Shown here piece after piece: positions 1 through 9,477 of a stretch of 64,000 bases of DNA. A model generated the notes under the pieces. It saw nothing but the letters and a program-made list of their open reading frames with translations. It had not been told where the DNA came from and searched no databases. The first letter of the stretch is position 1, and each line of letters starts with the position of its first letter. The translations under genes and the position numbers were made by a program. The DNA comes from Patescibacteria group bacterium (GTDB taxonomy: Bacteria; Patescibacteriota; Microgenomatia; UBA10105; UBA927), in the NCBI GenBank assembly GCA_038062895.1, contig JBBTWJ010000003.1, forward strand, positions 114,448-178,447, given 5' to 3'.

Positions 1-1094
1 TTCCCATCTTTGGTTTTATAGCGGATCTTTAATCTTCTCGCCTGAAAATCGCCCATGATGGAATTACTCATCGTTTCTCCGTATGCCTGACGGCCCGGCA
101 TCCAGGTCTCGATGTCATACTTTTTCACCTGCGGTTCACCCATATCACCGGTACACATGAGAAGCACGCGGTACGGTAACTCTAAATCCTGAAGAATTTC
201 CTCTGCGTTAGCCAATAACTCCTCATGAAGAGTAAAAGAGTTGTTCATATCATTTTTTGAGATAATTACTTGTTCAATTTTACTAAATTGGTGCAGCCGA
301 TAAACTCCCTTTGTATCTTTTCCGTAACTTCCGGCTTCGCGCCGGAAACAGGGCGAAAAAGCGACGAACTTTTTCGGAAGTTCCTTTTCATTGAGCACTT
401 CATCACTAAAATATGCGGTCACAGGTACTTCTGCGGTGCCTGCCAAATACACATCGTCTTTTTCCAGATGATAGACTTCTTCCCTACCCCAGGGAAACTG
501 GCCGTTGCCAAACAGCGTGAATCCTTTTACAAGACTGGGTGCAATGAGCGGCGTGTATCCTTTTTTGATAAGCTTCTGAAACGTGTAGAATAATACGGCA
601 AATTCCATCTGCGCGGCTTCGTTTTTGAGAAAATAGGCACGCCTGCCCCCGACTTTAGCCCCCCGTTCAAAATCAATTAGATCGAGTTTGGTTGCCAGCT
701 CAATATGGTCTTTGACAACAAAATCAAATTCCGGAACTTTACCCCACGTCTTTATTGTTTTATTGCCGCTGCTATCCTTTCCCACCGGTACGCTCTTATC
801 CGGCACATTGGGAACGGTAAGCATAAGCTCGTTGAAAGATTCTTCGACTGTTCGCAATTCCTGCTCCAATGCCTTCATCTCCTGTTTCAGCACCCGACCC
901 GTTTGCCGTTCCTCTTCTGTGGTCGCCTTTTCCGCCTTGTTGCGCTTTGCTCGAATTACCTCGGTCTTACCGATCAGCTTGCGTCGCTTTTCGTCAAGCT
1001 CTAGCAGTCGATCCCACTCCACCTCGCGGTTCTTATTTTTCGCCGCTTGCTTACAAAGCTCCAAATTTTCCCTGATAAATTTGATATCCAACAT
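1..1094 (-). CDS. serS: seryl-tRNA synthetase (C-terminus runs off the window start)
   Basis: Minus-strand translation shows an N-terminal coiled coil starting MLDIKFIRENLEL and the class II motif FSPCFRREAGSYGKDTKGVYRLHQF; start ATG is at 1092-1094; the + ORFs at 270-1128 are antisense artefacts. Confidence 0.85.
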   Translation of the reverse strand, partial: MLDIKFIRENLELCKQAAKNKNREVEWDRLLELDEKRRKLIGKTEVIRAKRNKAEKATTEEERQTGRVLKQEMKALEQELRTVEESFNELMLTVPNVPDKSVPVGKDSSGNKTIKTWGKVPEFDFVVKDHIELATKLDLIDFERGAKVGGRRAYFLKNEAAQMEFAVLFYTFQKLIKKGYTPLIAPSLVKGFTLFGNGQFPWGREEVYHLEKDDVYLAGTAEVPVTAYFSDEVLNEKELPKKFVAFSPCFRREAGSYGKDTKGVYRLHQFSKIEQVIISKNDMNNSFTLHEELLANAEEILQDLELPYRVLLMCTGDMGEPQVKKYDIETWMPGRQAYGETMSNSIMGDFQARRLKIRYKTKDG

Positions 1095-1122
1095 ATTTTC
1101 TTCAATTTATTGTACACCAAAG

Positions 1123-1761
1123 CTATAACGCATGCATAGAAAGATCAACGTTTAGTCCTCCCAAGTGCTTACTGTCCCCAAGGCTCACGAGCGTTATTTT
1201 GTCTTTTGTAACGCTAACCTCTGTAATTGCGGTAGGTTGCAGATGGAATTTCCAAATTTTGTTCAATTTCCGGTTGAGAATCCGCGCAACGATAATACGG
1301 ATGATATTATCATGACTTACAACAAGCGTATCAGCGCTTACATTTTGACAAAATAGCTGCCACCATCCTAAAACGCGCTTCTGTGTATCCAAAAAATGTT
1401 CCCCTCGTGGAAATTTAGTAGATGAAGGAAACCGTGTCCATTTTTTATATATCCATGGCCATGTATTTTTAATAACATCCTTATGTTTCCCCTCCCAATC
1501 TCCGTGATTCGTTTCGATTATTTGTGGTTCGACCTGGACAGGCAGGTGTTTATTGAGAGCGACAATTGTTGCCGTTTGCAAAGTTCGTTTCAGAGGACTC
1601 GCGATGACATGCGAAAAAGAAACGCGTTCAAAGCATTGCGCCAGCGCTTGTGCCTGCTTTGTACCACGTACGGATAATTCCGTATCGTATGTTTGCCCTT
1701 GATATATGCCTTGGGCATTTGCTAATGACTCTGCATGTCGAACAAGATATATTTTTGCCAC
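1123..1761 (-). CDS. histidine phosphatase family protein (phosphoglycerate mutase-like)
   Basis: RHAES catalytic motif near the N-terminus; GTG start preceded by AAGGAGGTG. Confidence 0.7.
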   Translation of the reverse strand: MAKIYLVRHAESLANAQGIYQGQTYDTELSVRGTKQAQALAQCFERVSFSHVIASPLKRTLQTATIVALNKHLPVQVEPQIIETNHGDWEGKHKDVIKNTWPWIYKKWTRFPSSTKFPRGEHFLDTQKRVLGWWQLFCQNVSADTLVVSHDNIIRIIVARILNRKLNKIWKFHLQPTAITEVSVTKDKITLVSLGDSKHLGGLNVDLSMHAL

Positions 1762-1767
1762 AAAAAA

Positions 1768-1808
1768 ACACCTCCTTTTTTATGAAAAGACGAGGTGTCT
1801 CGTGGTGC
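1768..1808 (-). terminator. hairpin plus T-run on the minus strand that overlaps the phosphatase RBS
   Basis: Minus strand reads ACACCTC-loop-GAGGTGT followed by TTTTTTTT. Confidence 0.3.
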
Positions 1809-2024
1809 CACTTTTCTTTGCTACATTGTTGCCATTGTAGCCTTATTAACTGCTCCATCTATCATTTAACAGATGACACAGTTTTTTTCTATAACGGGAA
1901 ATCCCGTCTTCTCTTCACCAAGTCCGTAACTCGTTTTCGAGAAGCAGCTCTATCGAGGGAAAGTTCGATATATAAACGCCTTTATTTACTTGTTAATACA
2001 AGTATTGTATCAAACACTACGTAT

Positions 2025-2657
2025 TCACGTCAATAATCTCTTTAGTATCGGTTTAAGACGATCAAGCGCACGCTTGCGGTGGTTAAAGCGTTCAGTTTCC
2101 TCCGGCGTTAGCAGATCGTGGTCATAATACTTGTGAATCTCCGGTAAGAATAACAATGAACGGAAAGGAAATCCATGCGTACGATATTCTGATGATTTTT
2201 CTGCAACGACCCCGCGCGTTTGTTCTTCGACGGTCGTAACTTTCCCATCAGGAAAAACTAATGCGAGAACAAGACGAAGTTGTGCCCCGCGTCGGGCGCG
2301 GGGTAAACCCTGCAATTTCTCAAGAGTATATGAAATCAATTCTTCATCGGTATCTTCGCGATCCCCGTGAATCCACCGGTGCGATTTGACACCAGGCTCG
2401 CCACCAAGAGCGTCTATCTCAAACCCTCCGTCATCAGCAAGCGTAGGAAGGCCGGACTTCTGACAGTAGAACTTTGCCTTAAGAATCGCGTTTTCTTCAA
2501 ACGTACTGCCGGTTTCTTCCACTCCATCGGTTATCCCGATATCTTTTAAACCAATAAGTTCAATAGGAAGGTCTTCCAAAAATCTTTTAATTTCACTGAG
2601 CTTCCCAGGATTGGTTGTAGCAATGAGTAACTTTTTCATAGATGCGATACGAATCAA
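2025..2657 (-). CDS. rdgB: non-canonical purine NTP pyrophosphatase (RdgB/HAM1 family)
   Basis: N-terminal TTNPGKLSE and a Ham1-like fold. Confidence 0.8.
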   Translation of the reverse strand: MIRIASMKKLLIATTNPGKLSEIKRFLEDLPIELIGLKDIGITDGVEETGSTFEENAILKAKFYCQKSGLPTLADDGGFEIDALGGEPGVKSHRWIHGDREDTDEELISYTLEKLQGLPRARRGAQLRLVLALVFPDGKVTTVEEQTRGVVAEKSSEYRTHGFPFRSLLFLPEIHKYYDHDLLTPEETERFNHRKRALDRLKPILKRLLT

Positions 2658-2828
2658 CTAATCATACTAATACTACTAATAGAATCCTTAGAGAATATTC
2701 TTCGAGCATCAACGTCGAGGCGAACTACTCGTTTTGGCCTAAGATACTCAAGCCTAAAATGTTAGAATGAATTGCATACTCCAAACTTAATACAGTAAGC
2801 GTTGTGTGCGCGATGCCTGCTACTTTTA

Positions 2829-5114
2829 TCATGCCACAACCCCCATAAATTCAACCGTGCCGCCACAATATTCCACGATCTTCTCAACAGACTCATGGAG
2901 ACTGCGCGCAACTTGTTCTGATGTGATATCAAACACACCATCGACATTGATCCAAATATTTTTTGTCGCTTCCGTCACCATCGTGCGCTGGGCATCACGG
3001 AAGTTAAAATCGATATTATACCCGCCATCCTGATCATAATACGCAAGTTCCTTGGATGTGTATTTGGTCGCCCCGCTATCTCCAAGCAGTAATATTTCAT
3101 CTCCAACTCCCGCATATCGAAGTATGGTCGGAAACTTGACGGTATCGTAATCAAATGCACCGACCGATATCCGATGCTTCATGACAACGAGATTATATGC
3201 ATCCACACAGGTATTTATGGAATACAGTCCCTTACCCAATGCCACACGACGCAGTAAAGCCTCCGGAGAGGGACGCCGGGAATGCCAATCAATTCCCATT
3301 TCTTTATAGAGCTTACGATAACTTACGATCTCCGGATGCTGACCCAATTGTTCCGTCGTCAAACCCGCGAGAGATACAAGGAATTCTTTTTTTTCTGTTT
3401 CCAACTGTTCATTGAACTTTTGTATCTTTACGTCACGGATAAGCGCGATACCGATACTTGCCGAGGGATACCGCTCTTTTACCTTGGGATCGATCGAAAA
3501 TAAATCCGGTCTATCTATAGATTTCACTGATGACTGTTGTTTAGGTGATTGTGTTTTTTTGTTCAGCGTCAACCGTTCAACCATCACCTCAGTTGGAAAT
3601 TTTTTGAGTAACCACCCTGCCCGCGGCCCGTGCGGTTTATCCAGCGTGACCATATACAACGCATGAAATGCCTTTCCATGATCGATTTCATTTGTTTTTG
3701 CCAAGCGAAAAATTTCCGATTGCAACATTTCAGGATCATTTATTTTTGGCCAAATTATGGAAAGATCATTGAGAAACTTCCACTGTTCCTGGGATAATTC
3801 AATTTCATCAAATCGTTTCAAAGATATTTGATATCGATACTCATCCGGTGCATATTTACTTAACCAGACAGCTGTGTACGTTAAACGATCATTGAGAATA
3901 CGCTTCTCAAACTCACTCAATTGCGTACCTTTCACTGCTTCTAATTTACTCTGAAGGTCAACGTTAGGGAGCTGCCGATAATTAGCTATATCCCGAAATC
4001 TTGGTATAAATAATCCGGGAATTCGTGCGGGCACCTCTCCCGTTTGTGCATACTCAAACGCATGGGACAATTCTTCATCTTCCTCTTTGTTATACGCCTG
4101 CCAACAGCGATCATATTCATCAAAGAGATCCGGAATTGCCATCGTGCTCACAGGATCAAACTCAATTGCACGGTGGTAATCGGTTCTCGTGAAGAGAAAC
4201 CGCCCGATTGATGGAGGCAATAGCTTGGTAAGATCCCTCGCCTTGAGTCCTAACCCTTTTGATGAAGACATTTTTTTACCGCCGATAAGAATAAACTCGT
4301 ACGGCAAATTATAGGGGTTTGTAATATGGAATACTTCTTCACAAAGCGCTTTGGCAATATCGCGTGAACCACCAGCCGAGGAATGATCTTTTCCAGCGCC
4401 TTCAATCGTGACTCCGAGAACTTTCCAGTGTGCCGGCCAATCTACTTTCCACGGAAGCTTTCCGTTTCCATCAAAAGGGCTCACTGTACCGGTATGGCCA
4501 CATCCTTTCGTCCAAGTAACCATCGCCGGCTCACACGTATAAGAAACCATCTTACCGTCCCAACCATGCACCCGGGTCGTGCCCAGCTTCCCGCACTTCT
4601 CACAGATGACCTGGATGGGCATCCAGCCTTTCTCACGCTTTTTGCTCCCGCTTATACGCTGATAGATATCCTGTATCGTTTCCGAATTATCTAATGCTTC
4701 CCGGATAACTCCGTTAAACTTGCCTTCCCGGTACATATCCCAGGATGAAAGATACGTCGCCATCACTCCCATGCTCTTGAGCACCTGTTGAAAATCTTTG
4801 GTAAAATAATCGGCAAAACTCTCATACCCCTTTTCCGGAGACCGTGCGGTACGAAGGGGCTTACCCAACTCATCAGAGAGCGATGAAAGCTCGGGAGGTA
4901 ACCCGTCTATGGGATCGAAGTCGTTCAATACGTAGGTAAACGTCACGCTCTCGTTGGCTCGTTGAAGTGCCCGAAAAACCATATCATGTACGAGAGGTCC
5001 GCGAAGCGAGCCAATATGCGCAAACCCCGACGGGGTAAACATATCGTCCACCCAAAATGGCCGGTGGGCGCCGGAATCAATAATCTGTTTTGCAATTTTG
5101 TCTGCCCAAAACAT
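2829..5114 (-). CDS. lysK: class I lysyl-tRNA synthetase fused to a C-terminal B3/4 (tRNA-binding/editing-like) domain
   Basis: HIGS (HIGH-like) motif and the exact KMSSSKG signature of class I LysRS; the last ~230 aa resemble the PheT B3/4 domain. Confidence 0.85.
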   Translation of the reverse strand: MFWADKIAKQIIDSGAHRPFWVDDMFTPSGFAHIGSLRGPLVHDMVFRALQRANESVTFTYVLNDFDPIDGLPPELSSLSDELGKPLRTARSPEKGYESFADYFTKDFQQVLKSMGVMATYLSSWDMYREGKFNGVIREALDNSETIQDIYQRISGSKKREKGWMPIQVICEKCGKLGTTRVHGWDGKMVSYTCEPAMVTWTKGCGHTGTVSPFDGNGKLPWKVDWPAHWKVLGVTIEGAGKDHSSAGGSRDIAKALCEEVFHITNPYNLPYEFILIGGKKMSSSKGLGLKARDLTKLLPPSIGRFLFTRTDYHRAIEFDPVSTMAIPDLFDEYDRCWQAYNKEEDEELSHAFEYAQTGEVPARIPGLFIPRFRDIANYRQLPNVDLQSKLEAVKGTQLSEFEKRILNDRLTYTAVWLSKYAPDEYRYQISLKRFDEIELSQEQWKFLNDLSIIWPKINDPEMLQSEIFRLAKTNEIDHGKAFHALYMVTLDKPHGPRAGWLLKKFPTEVMVERLTLNKKTQSPKQQSSVKSIDRPDLFSIDPKVKERYPSASIGIALIRDVKIQKFNEQLETEKKEFLVSLAGLTTEQLGQHPEIVSYRKLYKEMGIDWHSRRPSPEALLRRVALGKGLYSINTCVDAYNLVVMKHRISVGAFDYDTVKFPTILRYAGVGDEILLLGDSGATKYTSKELAYYDQDGGYNIDFNFRDAQRTMVTEATKNIWINVDGVFDITSEQVARSLHESVEKIVEYCGGTVEFMGVVA

Positions 5115-5130
5115 ATACCTATATTATCAA

Positions 5131-5158
5131 AAAAATCCGGCGTCCGCCGGATTTTTTA
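5131..5158. terminator. bidirectional intrinsic terminator between the greA stop and the lysK start
   Basis: AAAAAATCCGGCG-TCC-GCCGGATTTTTT, a perfect hairpin flanked by A and T runs. Confidence 0.5.
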
Positions 5159-5175
5159 AAATTATGTAATAATTT

Positions 5176-5640
5176 TTATTCGATGTGGACTATCTTGTAA
5201 AGGATTTTACCCGCCGGTGCCTCTACTTCCACGCTATCTCCGGGCTTTTTCCCCATGAGGGCTTTACCCAGAGGAGACTCGTGGGAAATTTTCTTTTCCT
5301 TGGGATCTGCTTCCCACTCTCCTACTACGGTAAACATATCTTTCTTCCCGTTAACGTGAAGGGTGACTTTGCAGCCCACATCCACCTGTGTTTTACCGTG
5401 GCTCGTAACGACTTTGGCGCTATGAAGAATATCCTCAAGCTCGGCAATCCTACCATCTATGAACGCTAAATCCTGCTTGGCTGCTGCGTATTCACTGTTT
5501 TCCGAAAGATCCCCGAGGCTTCGGGCGTCAGAAAGCCGCGCCACAGCTACAGGACGCTTCGTTTTTACCAGCTCATCATACTCGGCTTTGAGTTCGTCGA
5601 GTCCTTCTTTGGTAAGCATCATTTTGTGATGTGGGTCCAT
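5176..5640 (-). CDS. greA: transcription elongation factor GreA
   Basis: LTKEGLDELKAEYDEL coiled-coil N-terminus and a C-terminal FKBP-like domain; the true start may be the internal MM at about 5619. Confidence 0.85.
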   Translation of the reverse strand: MDPHHKMMLTKEGLDELKAEYDELVKTKRPVAVARLSDARSLGDLSENSEYAAAKQDLAFIDGRIAELEDILHSAKVVTSHGKTQVDVGCKVTLHVNGKKDMFTVVGEWEADPKEKKISHESPLGKALMGKKPGDSVEVEAPAGKILYKIVHIE

Positions 5641-5702
5641 ATATCAAATTTGACAGCGCCGATTAGTGCGCTGTCGTACAGAGGAAGTTTACGGAAATTA
5701 CC

Positions 5703-5731
5703 TTGCCTTGTCAAGCATGAATTGATAGAAT
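5703..5731 (+). promoter_or_regulatory. sigma70-like promoter for tRNA-Glu
   Basis: TTGCCT-17 nt-TAGAAT ending about 12 nt before the tRNA 5' end. Confidence 0.35.
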
Positions 5732-5743
5732 CATCAAGTGCAC

Positions 5744-5817
5744 GCCGCCATCGTCTAGTGGCCTAGGACGGTTGATTCTCAATCAACAAACCGAGGGTTC
5801 GAATCCCTCTGGCGGCA
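5744..5817 (+). tRNA. tRNA-Glu (anticodon CTC)
   Basis: Cloverleaf with acceptor GCCGCCA/TGGCGGC, D-loop GTCTAGTGGCCTAGGAC, anticodon loop TTCTCAA and T-arm GGGTTCGAATCCC; no encoded CCA. Confidence 0.8.
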
Positions 5818-5908
5818 CTGAAGGGGTCCCCTGCACCAGTGATAAGCAGGGTGCAGAGCCACGTACTGAATTTTATTCTAGTACTGTGGCGACTCCCCTA
5901 CGCGCTAC

Positions 5909-7459
5909 TTAATTCAGGAGACCTAATTTGGCAAGACGCGATCTGATAGCGCCATTTTTTCTCTCGAATGTTTTAGACAAATCGCCCGTCGACCAACCTT
6001 TTGTATATAGATTCTTCAATTTCTCATCTTGTTCTTTGTCCCAAGGTCGGTAAGCGTTCGGATGTACTTCTCTAATTTTATCAAAACCCGTTCCACCATC
6101 GCTTTTCCCACCGCATCGGGCAATGAACTGCTTATGCATTGCCGCTATTTCCTCCCTTCCCATTTTAGTAAATGTATCGACTGTAGCCACCGACTGTGCT
6201 CTGAACGCCCCATCTTTGGCGACGATATCCGGATGCACCTGAAATGCGCGTTCGTTCCATCCGAGAATGTAGAGATCGGAAAGCCGCCGGATGCGCGAGA
6301 GCGCAACATATCCCTGACCAAATTCAAAAACGCCCGAGAGATCCACGACCGCCTTTTCCAATGTCATTCCTTGACTCTTATGTACTGTGATAGCCCAGGC
6401 CAGACGAAGCGGTAGCTGGGTAATCTGCGCCCGAATGGTACCGTTTTCTTCGACCGACCAATCCATGGGTTCAACGGTAATCTGTCGCCCGTTGCGTACC
6501 GTGACGATAGGATAGCCTTCCTCTTCATCAAATTCTCTAATCACCCCAAGCGTGCCGTTGACAAATCCTTCTTTGGGACTATTTTTCGTGAACATGACTG
6601 TGGCGCCAACTTTCAGAAGAAGCGTTTCAGGCGAAAGACACCCTTTTTTCAGGGCAGCTACCAACGCATCAGGACCTTGCGCGGACATGGGGAAACCACG
6701 CGGCTCGTCCGGAAGCTTCGCGAGCACCTCATCGTTGATGCGATCTACGTCTACGTTATGCGTGAATAGTTTCGGCGCGTTTTTCGGTACGGCTTGCGAA
6801 TGGGTTTTTCTCGCTTCAATCTGATGCAAGTGATCGATAGTGAACGCATTGCGCCGGATTGCTGAAAGTACGCCCAAAAAATCACGGTCGTCCTGTCGGT
6901 ATTGTTCGGTAAGGTAGCATACGGTTGGATTTGCCCCAATCCACGCAGAAGAATCATACGCGAATCGCGCTAATGATTTTTCAATGAGCGTGGCTTGTAC
7001 ACTTTGTTCTGTTTCTTTTTTTACCACTGGCGGCAGTTGAAAAAAATCACCGGAAAAAACTACCTGCATACCGCCAAACGGTTCCGGATGCTGTGTAATC
7101 TTACGAACTACCGCGTCAACCATGGAGAGCGTCTCGGGATTGAGCATGGATACTTCTTCGATGATAAGAACATTAGCCCGACGGACGCGCTTGGTAATAT
7201 ATTGACTGGATGCTATTTTTTGAAGATCGTGTTGAGAGAGCGTCGTTTTTATCCCTATCCCGCTCCATGAATGGATCGTCATCCCGCCGATATGGGTGGC
7301 CGCGATACCAGTTGAGGCCGTTATTGCCGGTTCAATACCCCGACCACGCAAATACGCTACATACTCGTTGATCGCATAGGTCTTGCCGCTTCCCGGCTCC
7401 CCGGTCAAAAAAACATTAGCGCCGGTTTTGAGTATGGCAAGTGCTTGAGATTGCGTCAT
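5909..7459 (-). CDS. PIF1/RecD-family ATP-dependent DNA helicase with a C-terminal HTH-like tail
   Basis: Walker A GEPGSGKT, AAA_30/UvrD_C_2-type layout, SF1B motifs. Confidence 0.75.
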   Translation of the reverse strand: MTQSQALAILKTGANVFLTGEPGSGKTYAINEYVAYLRGRGIEPAITASTGIAATHIGGMTIHSWSGIGIKTTLSQHDLQKIASSQYITKRVRRANVLIIEEVSMLNPETLSMVDAVVRKITQHPEPFGGMQVVFSGDFFQLPPVVKKETEQSVQATLIEKSLARFAYDSSAWIGANPTVCYLTEQYRQDDRDFLGVLSAIRRNAFTIDHLHQIEARKTHSQAVPKNAPKLFTHNVDVDRINDEVLAKLPDEPRGFPMSAQGPDALVAALKKGCLSPETLLLKVGATVMFTKNSPKEGFVNGTLGVIREFDEEEGYPIVTVRNGRQITVEPMDWSVEENGTIRAQITQLPLRLAWAITVHKSQGMTLEKAVVDLSGVFEFGQGYVALSRIRRLSDLYILGWNERAFQVHPDIVAKDGAFRAQSVATVDTFTKMGREEIAAMHKQFIARCGGKSDGGTGFDKIREVHPNAYRPWDKEQDEKLKNLYTKGWSTGDLSKTFERKNGAIRSRLAKLGLLN

Positions 7460-8499
7460 TTATTGTTTCTCTTTAACAATTTTTTCGCCAAGCGGTCAAA
7501 ATCTGATACGTAGTTTTTGTCCTGTATTTTTTTATATTTTTCATACTCAGCAAGGGCAAGAGTTTCTGCTACTTCATGGCTGATTCTTCCGGCGTCACCT
7601 AGAATTTGTCGCTCGTTAAATTTCAGAAAGGCGTTCAATCGTGATACCCAGTCCTTCATATACATGATAATCCCACGCTTTGCTTGCATTTCTGCATAGT
7701 CGAGGTACATAGTCACAATTCTGTTTAAGTGGTCAAGTTCTCTTTCATTCAAATAGTTTTTGGCGATCACGACATCTGACTCTCGAATGGTACCCTTTGG
7801 AGAATTTTTCCAAACAGTGAGCCCCATATATGACTTGGTACTATCAGCTCTTTCGTGTACTATCTCTGAGGCAGTTTTACCGGTGATGGCAAAGTGGAGT
7901 TTGTTTTGCACTGTTGCAAAAAATTGTTTGGTAATTTCTTCATCGGAATCATAATCAGCGCTGCACTGAGCGTAAATATCGGTAATTTTTTGATACATGC
8001 GCCTTTCGCTTGACCGTATATCTCGTATTCGTGCAAGCTGTTCCTCAAAATAATCCTTTCCAAAAATATTGTATGGGTCTTTTAGTTTCTCGTCATTCAT
8101 TGTAAATCCCTTGATGATATATTCTTTCAATCTTTCCGTCGCCCATATTCTAAATAGAGTCGCCTGCCGACTACTCACTCGATAACCAACAGAAAGAATA
8201 GCGTCAAGGTTGTAAAATTCCACATCTCTGGTAACCAGACGTTTCCCTTCATTTTGAACTTGTGCAATTTTTGCACTCGTTGAATTTTTGTCTAACTCGC
8301 CTTCCTGAAAAATGTTTTGAAGATGTTTGGTAACTACGCTTCTCTCCACACCAAAAAGATCGGAGATTTTTGCTTGCGTCAACCACACGGTTTCATCGCG
8401 CAAGAAAATCTCAACTTTTACCTGACCGTTTGGGGTAGTGTAAAGGAGAAACTCCGTAAAGCTATTATTTGGAACGATTTTTTTGTTGTTTTTTTTCAT
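7456..8499 (-). CDS. RhuM-family protein (DNA-binding protein typically clustered with restriction-modification loci)
   Basis: Strong match to the RhuM core (DLFGVERSVVTKHLQNIFQEGEL ... LSVGYRVSSRQATLFRIWATERLKEY); its start overlaps the helicase stop by 4 bp. Confidence 0.75.
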   Translation of the reverse strand: MKKNNKKIVPNNSFTEFLLYTTPNGQVKVEIFLRDETVWLTQAKISDLFGVERSVVTKHLQNIFQEGELDKNSTSAKIAQVQNEGKRLVTRDVEFYNLDAILSVGYRVSSRQATLFRIWATERLKEYIIKGFTMNDEKLKDPYNIFGKDYFEEQLARIRDIRSSERRMYQKITDIYAQCSADYDSDEEITKQFFATVQNKLHFAITGKTASEIVHERADSTKSYMGLTVWKNSPKGTIRESDVVIAKNYLNERELDHLNRIVTMYLDYAEMQAKRGIIMYMKDWVSRLNAFLKFNERQILGDAGRISHEVAETLALAEYEKYKKIQDKNYVSDFDRLAKKLLKRNNK

Positions 8500-8827
8500 A
8501 ACATAACATTACATCGAAAATAACCCGAAAGTCAATCGCTCAATATGTCCAGTTTAAAAAAATTCATCAGGGTAAAACGCTTGAAGAAGCTATGGATGAA
8601 TTATTTGGGACCACCAAAATTGGTGAGGGCATTGGAATGTTTGTGATATTTACGAACGGCACGGCATTCGCCCTCGCCCGTTTTCTTCACGAAGATATCT
8701 ATAGTAAATAGTAATGAAGTAAGCTAAACACAGGCACTCAAACTCATTCGATTAAAATTCAAATTGGATACTACAAAAAGAAGAGGTGCGAACCTAATTC
8801 ACCCGAAGGGTAGCCTAAACAAAACAA

Positions 8828-9316
8828 TTAGAGGTTGAATAAAAATCCGCCAAGAACCTCTTGGCCACCCAATTTTCTATACCACCCTGCTTGTTTATCT
8901 CCGTGTTTTACAACGAATTGCGTACTGCCATATCGTTTAGATAATTCCAGTGCAGTTTTTAGCAATACGGCTCCAACATGCTTTTTTCTGAAAGCCTCTA
9001 CGATATAAATACCATCATCATCTGCCAAGACGCGCAAATCCATGGCGGGAACAGCCAAGTCCGGTCGTTTTCTGATGATTGGAGATTCTAGTACACCGAA
9101 TTTCGTATCGGCGTTATTCATAAAGTCGCAAATTGCGATCGCCTGATCCGTAGCGTCGTATGCTGTTAACGCGATATATCTACGCTTACCTGGCACAACA
9201 TCGAACACGCTTGATTCTAATTCACCCGATTCTATTGGCAAGCGTGCACCACCATAGAAGCGCTCGATATTACTCAAGACAATAGGCGACTCGCGTGACA
9301 ATTCGTAGGAGCTCAT
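8828..9316 (-). CDS. GNAT-family N-acetyltransferase (tentative)
   Basis: GNAT motif-A-like RKKHVGAVLLKTALELSKRYG; size fits a single GNAT domain. Confidence 0.45.
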   Translation of the reverse strand: MSSYELSRESPIVLSNIERFYGGARLPIESGELESSVFDVVPGKRRYIALTAYDATDQAIAICDFMNNADTKFGVLESPIIRKRPDLAVPAMDLRVLADDDGIYIVEAFRKKHVGAVLLKTALELSKRYGSTQFVVKHGDKQAGWYRKLGGQEVLGGFLFNL

Positions 9317-9477
9317 GTCGGTGCTATTATCTCATACGGTGGGGAACAATTGTAATTTTTGGATGAGGCCAGAAGAGTTCTAATTTCGTCCCAACACCTG
9401 TACCGAAATACGTCTTGGTAGGCGATAAAAAAAATCCGATTGCGAAACTTACTCCTCCTCCATGATAAAATCTTCCC

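Noticed and set aside
270-1128. Several + strand ORFs (270-593, 688-1128, 705-1004, 869-1075)
   Set aside because: They lie antisense to a clearly recognisable serS on the minus strand, which the track omits because its stop lies beyond the window edge.
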